From a virus (Duplodnaviria; Caudoviricetes), in the IMG/VR virus record IMGVR_UViG_3300020045_000833, positions 1 to 38,380 of that record: DNA of 38,380 nucleotides, one strand, 5' to 3'. Positions 1 through 7,815 of this stretch are shown here, one piece after another. Every line of letters begins with the position of its first letter. Position 1 is the first letter of the stretch. The translations under genes and the position numbers were made by a program. The notes beneath the pieces were generated by a model. That model saw nothing but the letters and a program-made list of their open reading frames with translations, did not search any database and was not told the origin of the DNA.

Positions 1-121
1 CCTGATGGTGGAGGCGCTCAGGTATGAACCCCGCTGAAATTCCGGCTGTATTGGTCAATTTAGGCCCAACTGGTTTTATCCTATGGTGGATTTTCAACAC
101 ATCACGTCAGGCCAAGGCAGA
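1..121. repeat. Terminal overlap, identical to 38260-38380 (circular-assembly signature; unit genome 38,259 bp)
   Basis: The 121-nt sequence CCTGATGGTG...CCAAGGCAGA occurs exactly at both ends. ORF 37883..38296 and ORF 24..230 join seamlessly across it. Confidence 0.95.
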
Positions 122-230
122 AGTAAAATCAGACCCGATTGGCGATAAACTTGACAAGATCATTGAAATCCTCGCCCAGCAAGACAAGCGCATTGTGAAG
201 GTCGAAACCATTCTGGAGGAACGCAAGTGA
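24..230 (+). CDS. Holin-like small membrane protein (one N-terminal TM plus coiled-coil tail)
   Basis: SD GGAGG upstream; hydrophobic segment AVLVNLGPTGFILWWIF; lies directly before the endolysin with a GTGA overlap. Confidence 0.6.
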   Translation: MNPAEIPAVLVNLGPTGFILWWIFNTSRQAKAEVKSDPIGDKLDKIIEILAQQDKRIVKVETILEERK

Positions 231-943
231 ACGCTGAGTTTTGGAAGATCGTCCGGCAGATGTTTGGCGGGCAACTTACGCCGAAGCAAGTTGACGGGAT
301 TGAGACTATCCTAGCCGCTTCATCCGGTCATCCGATTAGCCACCGCGCGTATATGCTGGCAACTGCCAAGCATGAGACTGCCGACACCATGCAGCCGATC
401 ACGGAATACGGCGGGCGCAAATACTTCGACAAATACGACACCGGCAAGCTGGCAAAGGCTCTCGGCAACACGCCCGACAAGGACGGCGACGGCTATCTGT
501 ATCGCGGGCGTGGCTATGTCCAGATCACGGGGCGGGCCAACTACGACAAGGCCGGTGACAAGCTGGGGATCGATCTGATCGGCAATCCCGATGCGGCGCT
601 AAACCCCACTGTTGCGGCGCGTATCCTTGTGCGCGGTTGCTCTGAGGGGTGGTTTACGGGCAAGAAGCTGTCTGACTATCTGCCAAGCGGGAAGCCTGAT
701 GCGTATCAGCAAGCACGCCGCGTTGTGAATGGCACGGACAAGGCCGATCTGATCGCAGCATACGCCGCCATGTTTGAGACTGCCTTGGTGGCAGGATCAG
801 GCGAAAAACTGTCGTCAACGCAAGTTGATGTTAGCAAGCCGCCGAAAATCGAACACGTCGCGCCGGTCATGTTAACGAAACCGTCAATCTGGCAACAGAT
901 CATCGCCGCAATCATGGCAATCCTGAAAGGACGCAAACAATGA
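227..943 (+). CDS. Endolysin, glycoside hydrolase family 19 (chitinase/lysozyme-like)
   Basis: Motifs AYMLATAKHET, YRGRGYVQITGRANY and ARRVVNG; amphipathic C-terminal helix SIWQQIIAAIMAILKGRK. Confidence 0.9.
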   Translation: MNAEFWKIVRQMFGGQLTPKQVDGIETILAASSGHPISHRAYMLATAKHETADTMQPITEYGGRKYFDKYDTGKLAKALGNTPDKDGDGYLYRGRGYVQITGRANYDKAGDKLGIDLIGNPDAALNPTVAARILVRGCSEGWFTGKKLSDYLPSGKPDAYQQARRVVNGTDKADLIAAYAAMFETALVAGSGEKLSSTQVDVSKPPKIEHVAPVMLTKPSIWQQIIAAIMAILKGRKQ

Positions 944-1122
944 ACCCCGTCTATATCCGACTTGCGCTGTATTTCGTCGCGCCGATCCTTGGAACGCTTC
1001 CCGGCGTGACCTACGATGCTGCCGCGCAGGTGATCATGATCAACATCGAAACCGCCGCTGTAGGGCTTGCCGGATCGGCGCTGTTCACCGGCGCTGTGTT
1101 TGCCAAGTGGGGAAAGCGTTGA
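940..1122 (+). CDS. Putative holin (60 aa, two hydrophobic segments, basic C-terminus)
   Basis: ATGA overlap with the endolysin; ends KWGKR; lies in the lysis cassette. Confidence 0.6.
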   Translation: MNPVYIRLALYFVAPILGTLPGVTYDAAAQVIMINIETAAVGLAGSALFTGAVFAKWGKR

Positions 1123-1469
1123 TTGGCGCAATATCAATCGACCTATTCAACACACAGGTAGCGGTTTGGCGCACTGACAAGCAACGGCGCAAGTTTCTAA
1201 GAGCGCATGGCGTTTACGCCGAAAAACACAATGACGCTTGTTTCTCATCGGCGCACGTAGATGTCGGGGCTGATGGTGTTGCGTGGTTTTCAATGGTCAT
1301 CAAAGACGGCGCATCGATGGCAACGTGGGCGCATGAGTGCGTGCATATTGCAGATTGGTTGATGCATCGATTTGGCATCCCGACCGATGCTGGCAACACA
1401 GAGATCAGAGGTTACCTTGTCGGGCATTTGTTCGCAGGTCTGCAAGAGATACTTGGAGATACAGCATGA
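1119..1469 (+). CDS. HExxH (zincin-like) putative metallopeptidase domain protein
   Basis: TWAHECVHIA with a downstream E (NTEIRGYL). A TTG start at 1119 gives a TTGA overlap with the holin stop. Confidence 0.6.
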   Translation: MIGAISIDLFNTQVAVWRTDKQRRKFLRAHGVYAEKHNDACFSSAHVDVGADGVAWFSMVIKDGASMATWAHECVHIADWLMHRFGIPTDAGNTEIRGYLVGHLFAGLQEILGDTA

Positions 1470-1705
1470 TAAGCCTAATCCTATCACCTATCCGCAAGGC
1501 CGCTGGATGGGCCTTTGCAGCCCTTCTGGCATTCTTAGCTGTGTGGGGGCTAGCGAAGCGGCAAGCACGGCAGGAAACGGCGCTACAGGCGGCAGAACGC
1601 ATCGCAAAGGCAGAACGTAAACGAGGGGCTATCCAAGATGACATTGACCAAGACACTGACCTTGCTAACCGCGCTCGTCGCATTGGCCTCGTGCGCCCCG
1701 AATGA
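1466..1705 (+). CDS. Inner-membrane spanin (Rz-like)
   Basis: ATG at 1466 (ATGA overlap); N-terminal TM WAFAALLAFLAVWGL followed by a helical charged domain; overlaps the lipoprotein gene. Confidence 0.75.
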   Translation: MISLILSPIRKAAGWAFAALLAFLAVWGLAKRQARQETALQAAERIAKAERKRGAIQDDIDQDTDLANRARRIGLVRPE

Positions 1706-1838
1706 TGGCTGCGCGGGGTGGCGTCCGGTTCGTGCATCGGCTGAGACGGTGGATTATCTGGCCGCGCACGACCCGATCACGCTCAAGGCGATGATTGCGC
1801 ATCAGGAGTTCGGGCAGGCGCAGGGGTGCTGGAAATAA
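1638..1838 (+). CDS. Outer-membrane spanin lipoprotein (Rz1-like)
   Basis: Signal peptide with lipobox LAS-C; overlaps the 3' end of the Rz-like gene in another frame, the overlapped spanin architecture. Confidence 0.8.
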   Translation: MTLTKTLTLLTALVALASCAPNDGCAGWRPVRASAETVDYLAAHDPITLKAMIAHQEFGQAQGCWK

Positions 1839-1863
1839 AGAACCCCCGCATTTCTGCGAGGGT
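1833..1863 (-). terminator. Intrinsic terminator ending the leftward early operon
   Basis: Minus strand reads ACCCUCGCA-GAAA-UGCGGGGGU then UCUUUAUUU; lies between convergent genes. Confidence 0.75.
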
Positions 1864-1901
1864 GTAGCGCGGTTAATCCGCCAGATCGATGCGGCGTGTG
1901 G

Positions 1902-2174
1902 TTAATTCAACTCCCCTTGCGGAACCATCATCCATCTTGATCCTGTGGCGACAATGCAAGCCTGCATTTCACCCGTGACAGGCGGAACGACAACCATCGT
2001 CCACGTTCCGCCCTGCGATACATAAACCTCAACCATGCCGCCGCGATCTTCCATGGCGCGCACTAGTTGCGCCTCGCCATAACTATCCGACAGCGCGGCA
2101 ATCAGATCGGTGCGCGGATAGCAATCGGATGCGTTTGCTTGTGTGGCGAGTAGGCAGAAGATGATGCTTTTCAT
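1902..2174 (-). CDS. Small secreted protein with two cysteines, resembling a conserved Rhodobacterales hypothetical family
   Basis: Signal peptide ending ANA; pattern C..R..L...L...YGE...VEVYVS.GGTWT...C.VA.G..W; ATGA overlap with the upstream gene. Confidence 0.6.
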   Translation of the reverse strand: MKSIIFCLLATQANASDCYPRTDLIAALSDSYGEAQLVRAMEDRGGMVEVYVSQGGTWTMVVVPPVTGEMQACIVATGSRWMMVPQGELN

Positions 2175-4825
2175 GCAGCATCCTCCGCATCCAAAAAGTC
2201 AAACAGGCTTGGGACTTTGTAATCCCGCGCGGCAGCTTCAACATACTTCACGCCATCAATAAAGTATCCGGGGTTCAACTCGCACCCAATGCCTTTTCGT
2301 CCTAGCTTAAGCGCGCGGAACGGAACAGTCATCAGCCCGCCAAACGGATCATAAACCCACTCACCCGGCTCGGTGTATTGAGCAATGGCACGGTCAACAA
2401 TGTCGAATTGCAATGGGCATAGGTGCATTTCCTGACCTTTGCGCGATTGTTCGGCATTGATAGTCATCATGCGCGCTACATCGGTCCACACGTCAGGATG
2501 CACAGTGTGTGGAGGCAGCAGCATGAACGTAGGCGGCAGCTTGCCTTTCATCTCTAGGCTTTCGCCAATAGCTACATGGTGTTCAAAGTCATAGACTTCC
2601 GCCAAGGAAAACTGTTTCCATGTCTTATATACAATATCCGCGTCAATCCCGTCCAGATCGCCCGGCTTCAAGCTGCGGTTGCCAGATGATCGTGTATAGG
2701 CATGGGCGTCCAACTGCCAACGTGCACGAGAGTATCCACCTTCATTGCGCCAGTTTTTCGCCTCTGGGTCAAACTCCTTCTTGTCTTTCTTTGGCGGATT
2801 GTCAGCATAGCCGTTGCTCATATCGGTAGGCGGCTTGCGGAACAAAAGCAGGTATTCAGGAACGCCAAACCCCATGCGGCTACCATCCTTGCATTGCTCG
2901 GTCCAGCCGAGGCGATAAGTCTGGTTGTTTTCCCGCACAACGTCTGTCGTGATCGTCTTCATGCCAAGGTAGGCAAAGCCATGCTTCTTGAATTCATAGA
3001 CGCAATCCATGTGCAAGGTTGAAAGCGTTTGAAACCCAAAGCCTGACACGCCGCCGGGGATGATCCGATCCTTGACGTGAATAGCGCACACGCGGCCCGG
3101 CTCCAGCACTTGCAACAGGTTTGGGATAAGAAAGCCCATTTGCTTCCAAAAGTGCGCATCATCATCGGTATGCCCAAAGTCGGCATAGTTTGGGCTATAT
3201 TCGTATTGTGTCGAAAACGGGATGCTGGTCACGATCAGTTGGACGCTGTTTTCCGCCATGGCTGCGGTTTCCTTGACGCAATCGTTGTGGATCACTCGGT
3301 ATTTTTCGCCTGCAACCTCGATGCGTTCAACGCCCATTGATCGGATCAATGTTTGCTGCATGGCAATATCAGACAGGCCATATTCGCGGATCAGTTCAAC
3401 CATCTTCTGCACCATCTCATTATGTTGTTTCCATTTGCGTTCAAGCGCGCGGCGAACTTCGCGTTCAGCCTCTGTGTAGATCAGATCTAGTCGAACACTT
3501 TCGGCAGTTTGACCAAACCGCAGAAGTCTGTGAACAGCTTGAATGAAGTCATTGAATTTGAAACCAATACCCAAGAACACAGCCCAAGAGCAATGCTTTT
3601 GCAGGTTTGTGCCAGACCCAAGCATCACAGGCTTTGCGCCAAGCTCTGCAATCTCACCATCTGCAAACTTTCCGATGATATCTTCGCGGGCATCTAAGTC
3701 TTGCGATCCGTAGACGGTGGCAACTCCTTTGCAGGTGCGTTCAATCGCTACCCGTTCTGCCTCCAGATCATGCCAGATCAGCCTATGCGCAGCCGGATTG
3801 ATGGCGCGCAACTCCTGTAGCTTGGCAATGCGGTCGGGCAGGCTGTTGCGCTTTTCCCGCGCGATGCCAGTCAGATCAATGCTGGCGTTGTTGAACATAC
3901 GCGCCTGACCGTCCTTTTCATGCCCTGCCGTGGCAAGGTGATCAACTGGCAATTCATGCCAATGCAGGTCTAGCGGCGGTAGGTTATAGCCTTCATCGGA
4001 AAAGGTAGAATCAAGATCAGACGGTCGCGTCACAAACAATGCCCAGCTTGCCACCCACAACCAGAACTCTTTCTCCTTGTGCTGCATGATCGTCAGGTTG
4101 TCGGCTTTCTCGCTGTTGCGCTTGAAGAACCGCGTCTTTGCTTGTCCAATGTCCATCACGTCCAAGAACCCAGCATAGGCCAGCAGCTCAATGTATTCAT
4201 TCGGGCTTGGTGTTGCCGTTGCAACAAAGCGATACATGACACCATCATTGCGGACATGGTTTGATTTGTCGCGCCGATCATCGCCAGCAAACAATGCCAT
4301 AAATTCGCGGAATGTCTTGGTTCCGCCGAACCCGCGCAAAATAGCAGCTTCATCCAGCGAAACGCCGATAAACGGATCAGGCGATACCTTACCCTCGCGG
4401 ACGCTTTCGTAGTTTGTCAGGTAAACGCCGGGGCCGTCAACTTCTGCCGTGTTGCGGATGAATTTCACCGTTACCGCAAATTCACCATGAAACCGCCGTT
4501 TTGCCTCCTCAATGAATTCACGGCGGACACCAAGAGGCGCAACAATCAGCGTAGCTTTGCCAGTCTTGGCCGTGATAATGCGCATGGTCTCAATTTGAGT
4601 AGCCGTTTTGTGCAGGCCAAAGCTGGCAAACCAAGCCCGCCGCCCGCCTTGGATAGCCCATTGCACCATCTTGCGTGTGTGCGGTTTGAGGTCTGGATTG
4701 ATCTCATGATCTTCAACGGAAAGCCCGCCAAACTTAGGGGCAATAGCCGCTTTGCGTTCAAGAAATTCCGCATAGTCCAAGGCTTGCCCCATCACGTTCT
4801 CCGATGTATGATTATTCTCAGTCAT
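2171..4825 (-). CDS. SNF2-like helicase fused to an N4-cytosine/N6-adenine DNA methyltransferase
   Basis: N-half: GLHKT, LDEAA, ATATPSPN, GTNLQ, QAVHRLLRFGQ. C-half: motif IV TSIPF before motif I DPFGGLMT (beta-class order), and GCELNPGY. SD GGAG precedes ATG 4825. Confidence 0.85.
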   Translation of the reverse strand: MTENNHTSENVMGQALDYAEFLERKAAIAPKFGGLSVEDHEINPDLKPHTRKMVQWAIQGGRRAWFASFGLHKTATQIETMRIITAKTGKATLIVAPLGVRREFIEEAKRRFHGEFAVTVKFIRNTAEVDGPGVYLTNYESVREGKVSPDPFIGVSLDEAAILRGFGGTKTFREFMALFAGDDRRDKSNHVRNDGVMYRFVATATPSPNEYIELLAYAGFLDVMDIGQAKTRFFKRNSEKADNLTIMQHKEKEFWLWVASWALFVTRPSDLDSTFSDEGYNLPPLDLHWHELPVDHLATAGHEKDGQARMFNNASIDLTGIAREKRNSLPDRIAKLQELRAINPAAHRLIWHDLEAERVAIERTCKGVATVYGSQDLDAREDIIGKFADGEIAELGAKPVMLGSGTNLQKHCSWAVFLGIGFKFNDFIQAVHRLLRFGQTAESVRLDLIYTEAEREVRRALERKWKQHNEMVQKMVELIREYGLSDIAMQQTLIRSMGVERIEVAGEKYRVIHNDCVKETAAMAENSVQLIVTSIPFSTQYEYSPNYADFGHTDDDAHFWKQMGFLIPNLLQVLEPGRVCAIHVKDRIIPGGVSGFGFQTLSTLHMDCVYEFKKHGFAYLGMKTITTDVVRENNQTYRLGWTEQCKDGSRMGFGVPEYLLLFRKPPTDMSNGYADNPPKKDKKEFDPEAKNWRNEGGYSRARWQLDAHAYTRSSGNRSLKPGDLDGIDADIVYKTWKQFSLAEVYDFEHHVAIGESLEMKGKLPPTFMLLPPHTVHPDVWTDVARMMTINAEQSRKGQEMHLCPLQFDIVDRAIAQYTEPGEWVYDPFGGLMTVPFRALKLGRKGIGCELNPGYFIDGVKYVEAAARDYKVPSLFDFLDAEDAA

Positions 4826-4936
4826 GCGCATCTCCCTGCGTTATGATTAGGATGCGGTGGCGTTCGGTCAGGTCCGCCACCGCTTTCCGACACTCTGCCA
4901 TGTAATTGCAGTCCGGTCAATGTGGTTTGGTGGCGC

Positions 4937-5650
4937 TCATGCGTCACCGCCTTTCGCGGCGGCAAGGGCGGCGCGGGCTTTCGCGGCTTCCATCGCCTCA
5001 TCATGGGTGGCGAAATGCACAAACTCCTCGTCGTCGCTTTCAGGGTCTAACGTGGGCGCAATGAACCCATAGCGGGTTGGCCCATGATAACTGCTGGCTA
5101 TTTCACAAACGCAAAACAGCCCCAACATGCCACGGTTTACGGCCTCATTTGGCGTCTCCCCGCTGTCGTCAGGGTCCATTGTGCGCCAATACCAGTCGGC
5201 GCGGTCAAATGCGGTGGCCTCGTCGATCTGCGCGTCACGAGGTGCGGTCTGCACGTCGATGGCGGCAATCGGAACCTCCTGGATGAGCCAAGCGTCCTCG
5301 TCGTCTGCTGAGAACGCCTCGGCATCATCGCGAGTGGCAAATTTCAGCGCCTTTGAAATGTCGTCTGTCCATTCGGCATTGGTTTCCCATTTCCACACGC
5401 AGCGCCACCTGTTGCCTTGACCGTTGGCAATCACCCAACCTGTCACCACCCGCTGACGGCTATCCGCGTTGGTGACAGGATCGGCGGGCTGGCTGGCGGC
5501 AACGGCGGGGAGGGCCATAACCGCAGTTGCAGCCTCGCCAAGCTGAATCGTGCGGAACGTCTGCCCGCCAATGACGATGCTGCCTTTTGCATGTTTGGTC
5601 AGTGCGACCAAAACAGCGCGGCGGCTCACGGTGTCGTCGGGGTTGGTCAT
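4937..5650 (-). CDS. Mosaic hypothetical early protein (237 aa)
   Basis: ATGA-coupled to the upstream gene; modular segments joined by Ala/Pro linkers. Confidence 0.7.
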   Translation of the reverse strand: MTNPDDTVSRRAVLVALTKHAKGSIVIGGQTFRTIQLGEAATAVMALPAVAASQPADPVTNADSRQRVVTGWVIANGQGNRWRCVWKWETNAEWTDDISKALKFATRDDAEAFSADDEDAWLIQEVPIAAIDVQTAPRDAQIDEATAFDRADWYWRTMDPDDSGETPNEAVNRGMLGLFCVCEIASSYHGPTRYGFIAPTLDPESDDEEFVHFATHDEAMEAAKARAALAAAKGGDA

Positions 5651-5844
5651 TTGCGGCCTTTCTGTTTCAGCAGCCGTTTCAGGGATTTTGTCTTGACCGG
5701 CGGCTTCACGCGCGGATCATCCAGTCGATACTGGAACTTGCCTTTGCCCTTCGGCGGGTTGGGGCCTGTCGGCGGCAGCGGGTGCATGTCGCCGGAAGCC
5801 ATTGTGGCAATGATGTATGTCAGGGGGTTGATTCCGAACATCAC
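5647..5844 (-). CDS. Small basic hypothetical protein
   Basis: 4-nt overlaps with both neighbours; Lys/Pro-rich. Confidence 0.6.
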   Translation of the reverse strand: MMFGINPLTYIIATMASGDMHPLPPTGPNPPKGKGKFQYRLDDPRVKPPVKTKSLKRLLKQKGRK

Positions 5845-6191
5845 GCCCCGCCTTTCTCAATCTCTGCCAGAAATGCTAAACATTCACGCCCGCGCGCTGA
5901 AACATCGTCGCGTCCATCAACGCCAAGATCATGCACTGCCTCCTTTAGGAATTTGACCGCCTTCGCCAGTTGCGCCTTGGTGGCGTCGTGCAGGTCTATG
6001 TGGACGTATTCTGTGACTTCTTGCTCACAAACTTCCATGCGACCCACAAACGGATTCCATTTAGAAGTTGAAACAAAGGTGGTGATAGGTTTTTTCCAAA
6101 ACGGCTTGAAATCCACCCATACCTTTGATCCATGATGCTTGCTTATCGGGTAGTTCCAAACCCAAGCCCAAATCCGTTCCGGCGCGGTCAT
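5841..6191 (-). CDS. Hypothetical early protein (MTAPERIWAW...EYVHIDL type)
   Basis: Translationally coupled; SD GGAG upstream. Confidence 0.7.
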   Translation of the reverse strand: MTAPERIWAWVWNYPISKHHGSKVWVDFKPFWKKPITTFVSTSKWNPFVGRMEVCEQEVTEYVHIDLHDATKAQLAKAVKFLKEAVHDLGVDGRDDVSARGRECLAFLAEIEKGGA

Positions 6192-6778
6192 GCTTTGGCT
6201 CCTTTGATGGCGGCGAGGATGCGGTCATGCGCCTCGGTCAGAAGTTGCGGCGGTGAGTGCATGGGTGTTCCCATTTCGTGTTTGACGATCAGAATAGCCG
6301 CCTCACGCATCCCCTGCGCCCGTGCCTCTTCCCGCACAGCGTCCAGCGCGGCGGTTTGGTCGGCGGTGGCGAGGGCGCGGATGGCGTCACGAATGGCCTC
6401 AGACTGCACCTTTCCAGCCCGCCACCGAATTAACTGTGCAACGTCCATGTGCCGCGCGGCTTTGGATTTCTCCACTTCAATCTGGTTTGTCCGCATCGCC
6501 ACATAATTATCAGCAATCACAGCCGCCCGCTCATACGCCGCAGCTGTTTCGGCGCGGGATTGGGTCAGGGCGAGTGCCTGCTGGCAAAACTGGTTTCCGT
6601 TTTCATCGCAAACGATACCTGTCCGCCCATCGGTGAATACGCATTGCCAAGAAGCCAGCGCGAAATTTTCAGCCTCCAACTGTTCGATGCGGTCGGCGGC
6701 TTGCCACATGATCGCGTGACCTGCTGTCATGTTTGGGGTGTTACTCCGCAGCCGCGCTTTCAGATCGTCGGTCATCAC
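6188..6778 (-). CDS. Hypothetical helical early protein
   Basis: Coupled overlaps; DDLKARLR...AADRIEQLEAEN is a motif common in phage early genes. Confidence 0.7.
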   Translation of the reverse strand: MMTDDLKARLRSNTPNMTAGHAIMWQAADRIEQLEAENFALASWQCVFTDGRTGIVCDENGNQFCQQALALTQSRAETAAAYERAAVIADNYVAMRTNQIEVEKSKAARHMDVAQLIRWRAGKVQSEAIRDAIRALATADQTAALDAVREEARAQGMREAAILIVKHEMGTPMHSPPQLLTEAHDRILAAIKGAKA

Positions 6779-6996
6779 AATCCCCCAACAATAAACATTG
6801 ACGCCGCCAAGATCATCCCGCCAGCCATAGCACAGCCTAGCACAACAGCGATAAACATCGGCAGCGGCTTAAACTCAGGATCAAACCCGTCGACCATGCC
6901 AGTGCGGTCGAACCGCGTTAGGTCTTGCGGCAGATCGCAAAACGCTTCACGCGCGGCGCTGATCTTGCGGCCCATTTCGATATGCGGATCGGTCAT
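6775..6996 (-). CDS. Small protein with a C-terminal transmembrane helix
   Basis: SD GGAGG; hydrophobic tail MFIAVVLGCAMAGGMILAASMFIVGGL. Confidence 0.65.
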   Translation of the reverse strand: MTDPHIEMGRKISAAREAFCDLPQDLTRFDRTGMVDGFDPEFKPLPMFIAVVLGCAMAGGMILAASMFIVGGL

Positions 6997-7163
6997 TCTC
7001 TGGCCTCCTGTGCCAATTTCAAATCCATGAAGTCGTTTTCTTTGTCGTCAGCCTCAAAACAAACGCGGCAGACGATCAAATTAGCAGTCCATCCGTTCAG
7101 ATCGATCTCGCGCAGTTGTGCCAGATCATCGCCGCACAGATCGCAGGAAAGGTGTTCGTTCAT
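6993..7163 (-). CDS. 56-aa zinc-finger protein (not in the ORF track)
   Basis: Hand translation MNEHLSCDLCGDDLAQLREIDLNGWTANLIVCRVCFEADDKENDFMDLKLAQEARE; two CxxC pairs; ATGA overlaps at both ends; SD GGAGG. Confidence 0.8.
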   Translation of the reverse strand: MNEHLSCDLCGDDLAQLREIDLNGWTANLIVCRVCFEADDKENDFMDLKLAQEARE

Positions 7164-7405
7164 TCCCGATCCTCCTTCATGCGTTCATATTTCGCGTCTG
7201 CAGCGTCATCGGCTTCGGCCTGCAAAGCCTCATTCCAGCCTTGGCCGTGCCACCAATCCCATGCGGCGTCCCAAGCTGGTCCTTCAATGCCTTCCGGCAA
7301 TCCGCTTTCGCCGTCAAACTCAACATTGCCGTCATCGTCGGCACTAAACTCAACCTCGACTTCTGATCCGTCTGGCAGATCAACCGTGCGTGTAAAGTAG
7401 AACAT
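7160..7405 (-). CDS. Very acidic 81-aa first gene of the early operon
   Basis: SD GGAGA before ATG 7405; 24 D/E versus 5 K/R; 5 Trp. Confidence 0.8.
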   Translation of the reverse strand: MFYFTRTVDLPDGSEVEVEFSADDDGNVEFDGESGLPEGIEGPAWDAAWDWWHGQGWNEALQAEADDAADAKYERMKEDRE

Positions 7406-7432
7406 TGTCAGGTCTCCCGTTCTTGTTCCAAC

Positions 7433-7461
7433 ACCATGCGCCAATGTCATTACACAGTCAA
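7433..7461 (-). promoter_or_regulatory. Leftward sigma70-like promoter with an operator in the spacer
   Basis: Minus strand TTGACT-N17-CATGGT; the spacer contains TGTAATGACA (7445-7454). Confidence 0.55.
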
Positions 7462-7474
7462 GCGCCATTTATGC

Positions 7475-7510
7475 TTGCGTCATGACATTTTGCGCGGTAA
7501 TGTCATGGCA
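7475..7510 (+). promoter_or_regulatory. Rightward promoter for the RHH gene (leaderless) overlapped by two operators
   Basis: TTGCGT-N17-TAATGT; the ATG is 7 nt after the -10 with no SD; operator copies at 7478-7487 and 7501-7510. Confidence 0.6.
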
Positions 7511-7650
7511 TGACCAAGAATGCAGTATTCCAGATCAGGCTAAGCAAGGACGCGCTAGCGGCTTACAAGGCGCTTGCGGCTGACCGTGGTCTTGACCTTG
7601 CCAGCTTGATCCGCTCGCAGCTTGATGCGCTGATTTCTCCCAGCCGTTGA
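7510..7650 (+). CDS. Ribbon-helix-helix (Arc/CopG/MetJ-like) DNA-binding protein, 46 aa (not in the ORF track)
   Basis: MTKNAVFQIRLSKDALAAYKALAADRGLDLASLIRSQLDALISPSR: alternating beta strand VFQIRL, helix A, conserved G turn, helix B with LIR. Has its own promoter and terminator. Confidence 0.85.
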   Translation: MTKNAVFQIRLSKDALAAYKALAADRGLDLASLIRSQLDALISPSR

Positions 7651-7675
7651 TCGATCTTCCGCGATCCGGCCAACT

Positions 7676-7709
7676 CCCCTGCGGTGTGACAATCGCAGGG
7701 GCTTTTATT
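7676..7709 (+). terminator. Intrinsic terminator after the RHH gene (possibly bidirectional)
   Basis: CCCCTGCG...CGCAGGGG stem followed by CTTTTATT. Confidence 0.75.
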
Positions 7710-7815
7710 CGGCGCTGTTGCCGGATCGGTTTGGCATGTGCCAGCCGCAATCAACGTCTATGGGCAGTTTTGGCCTAGACGGACAGCCCCCGGCGCTAAC
7801 CAAATGCGCTACATT

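Noticed and set aside
1-121. 121-bp repeat as a physical terminal repeat of the virion DNA
   Set aside because: It falls across two overlapping lysis-region genes and has the length of a typical assembler k-mer overlap. It is most simply a circularisation artefact; read-end mapping would be needed to show real termini.
1863-1901. tRNA-like start GGGTGTAGCGC after the lysis cassette
   Set aside because: The resemblance stops after about 11 nt and overlaps the terminator stem; no cloverleaf can be formed.
2171-4825. Complete restriction-modification or DISARM/BREX-type defence system
   Set aside because: There is no nuclease domain or partner defence gene nearby; the context is a phage early operon.
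4917-4919. Genome-wide TGA recoding
   Set aside because: Many genes clearly end in TGA, often as ATGA overlaps, and the long genes are intact under the standard code.
7535-7754. Minus-strand ORFs 7535-7750 and 7563-7754 from the track
   Set aside because: They lack an RBS and motifs, cross the terminator, and lie antisense to the much better supported RHH gene.
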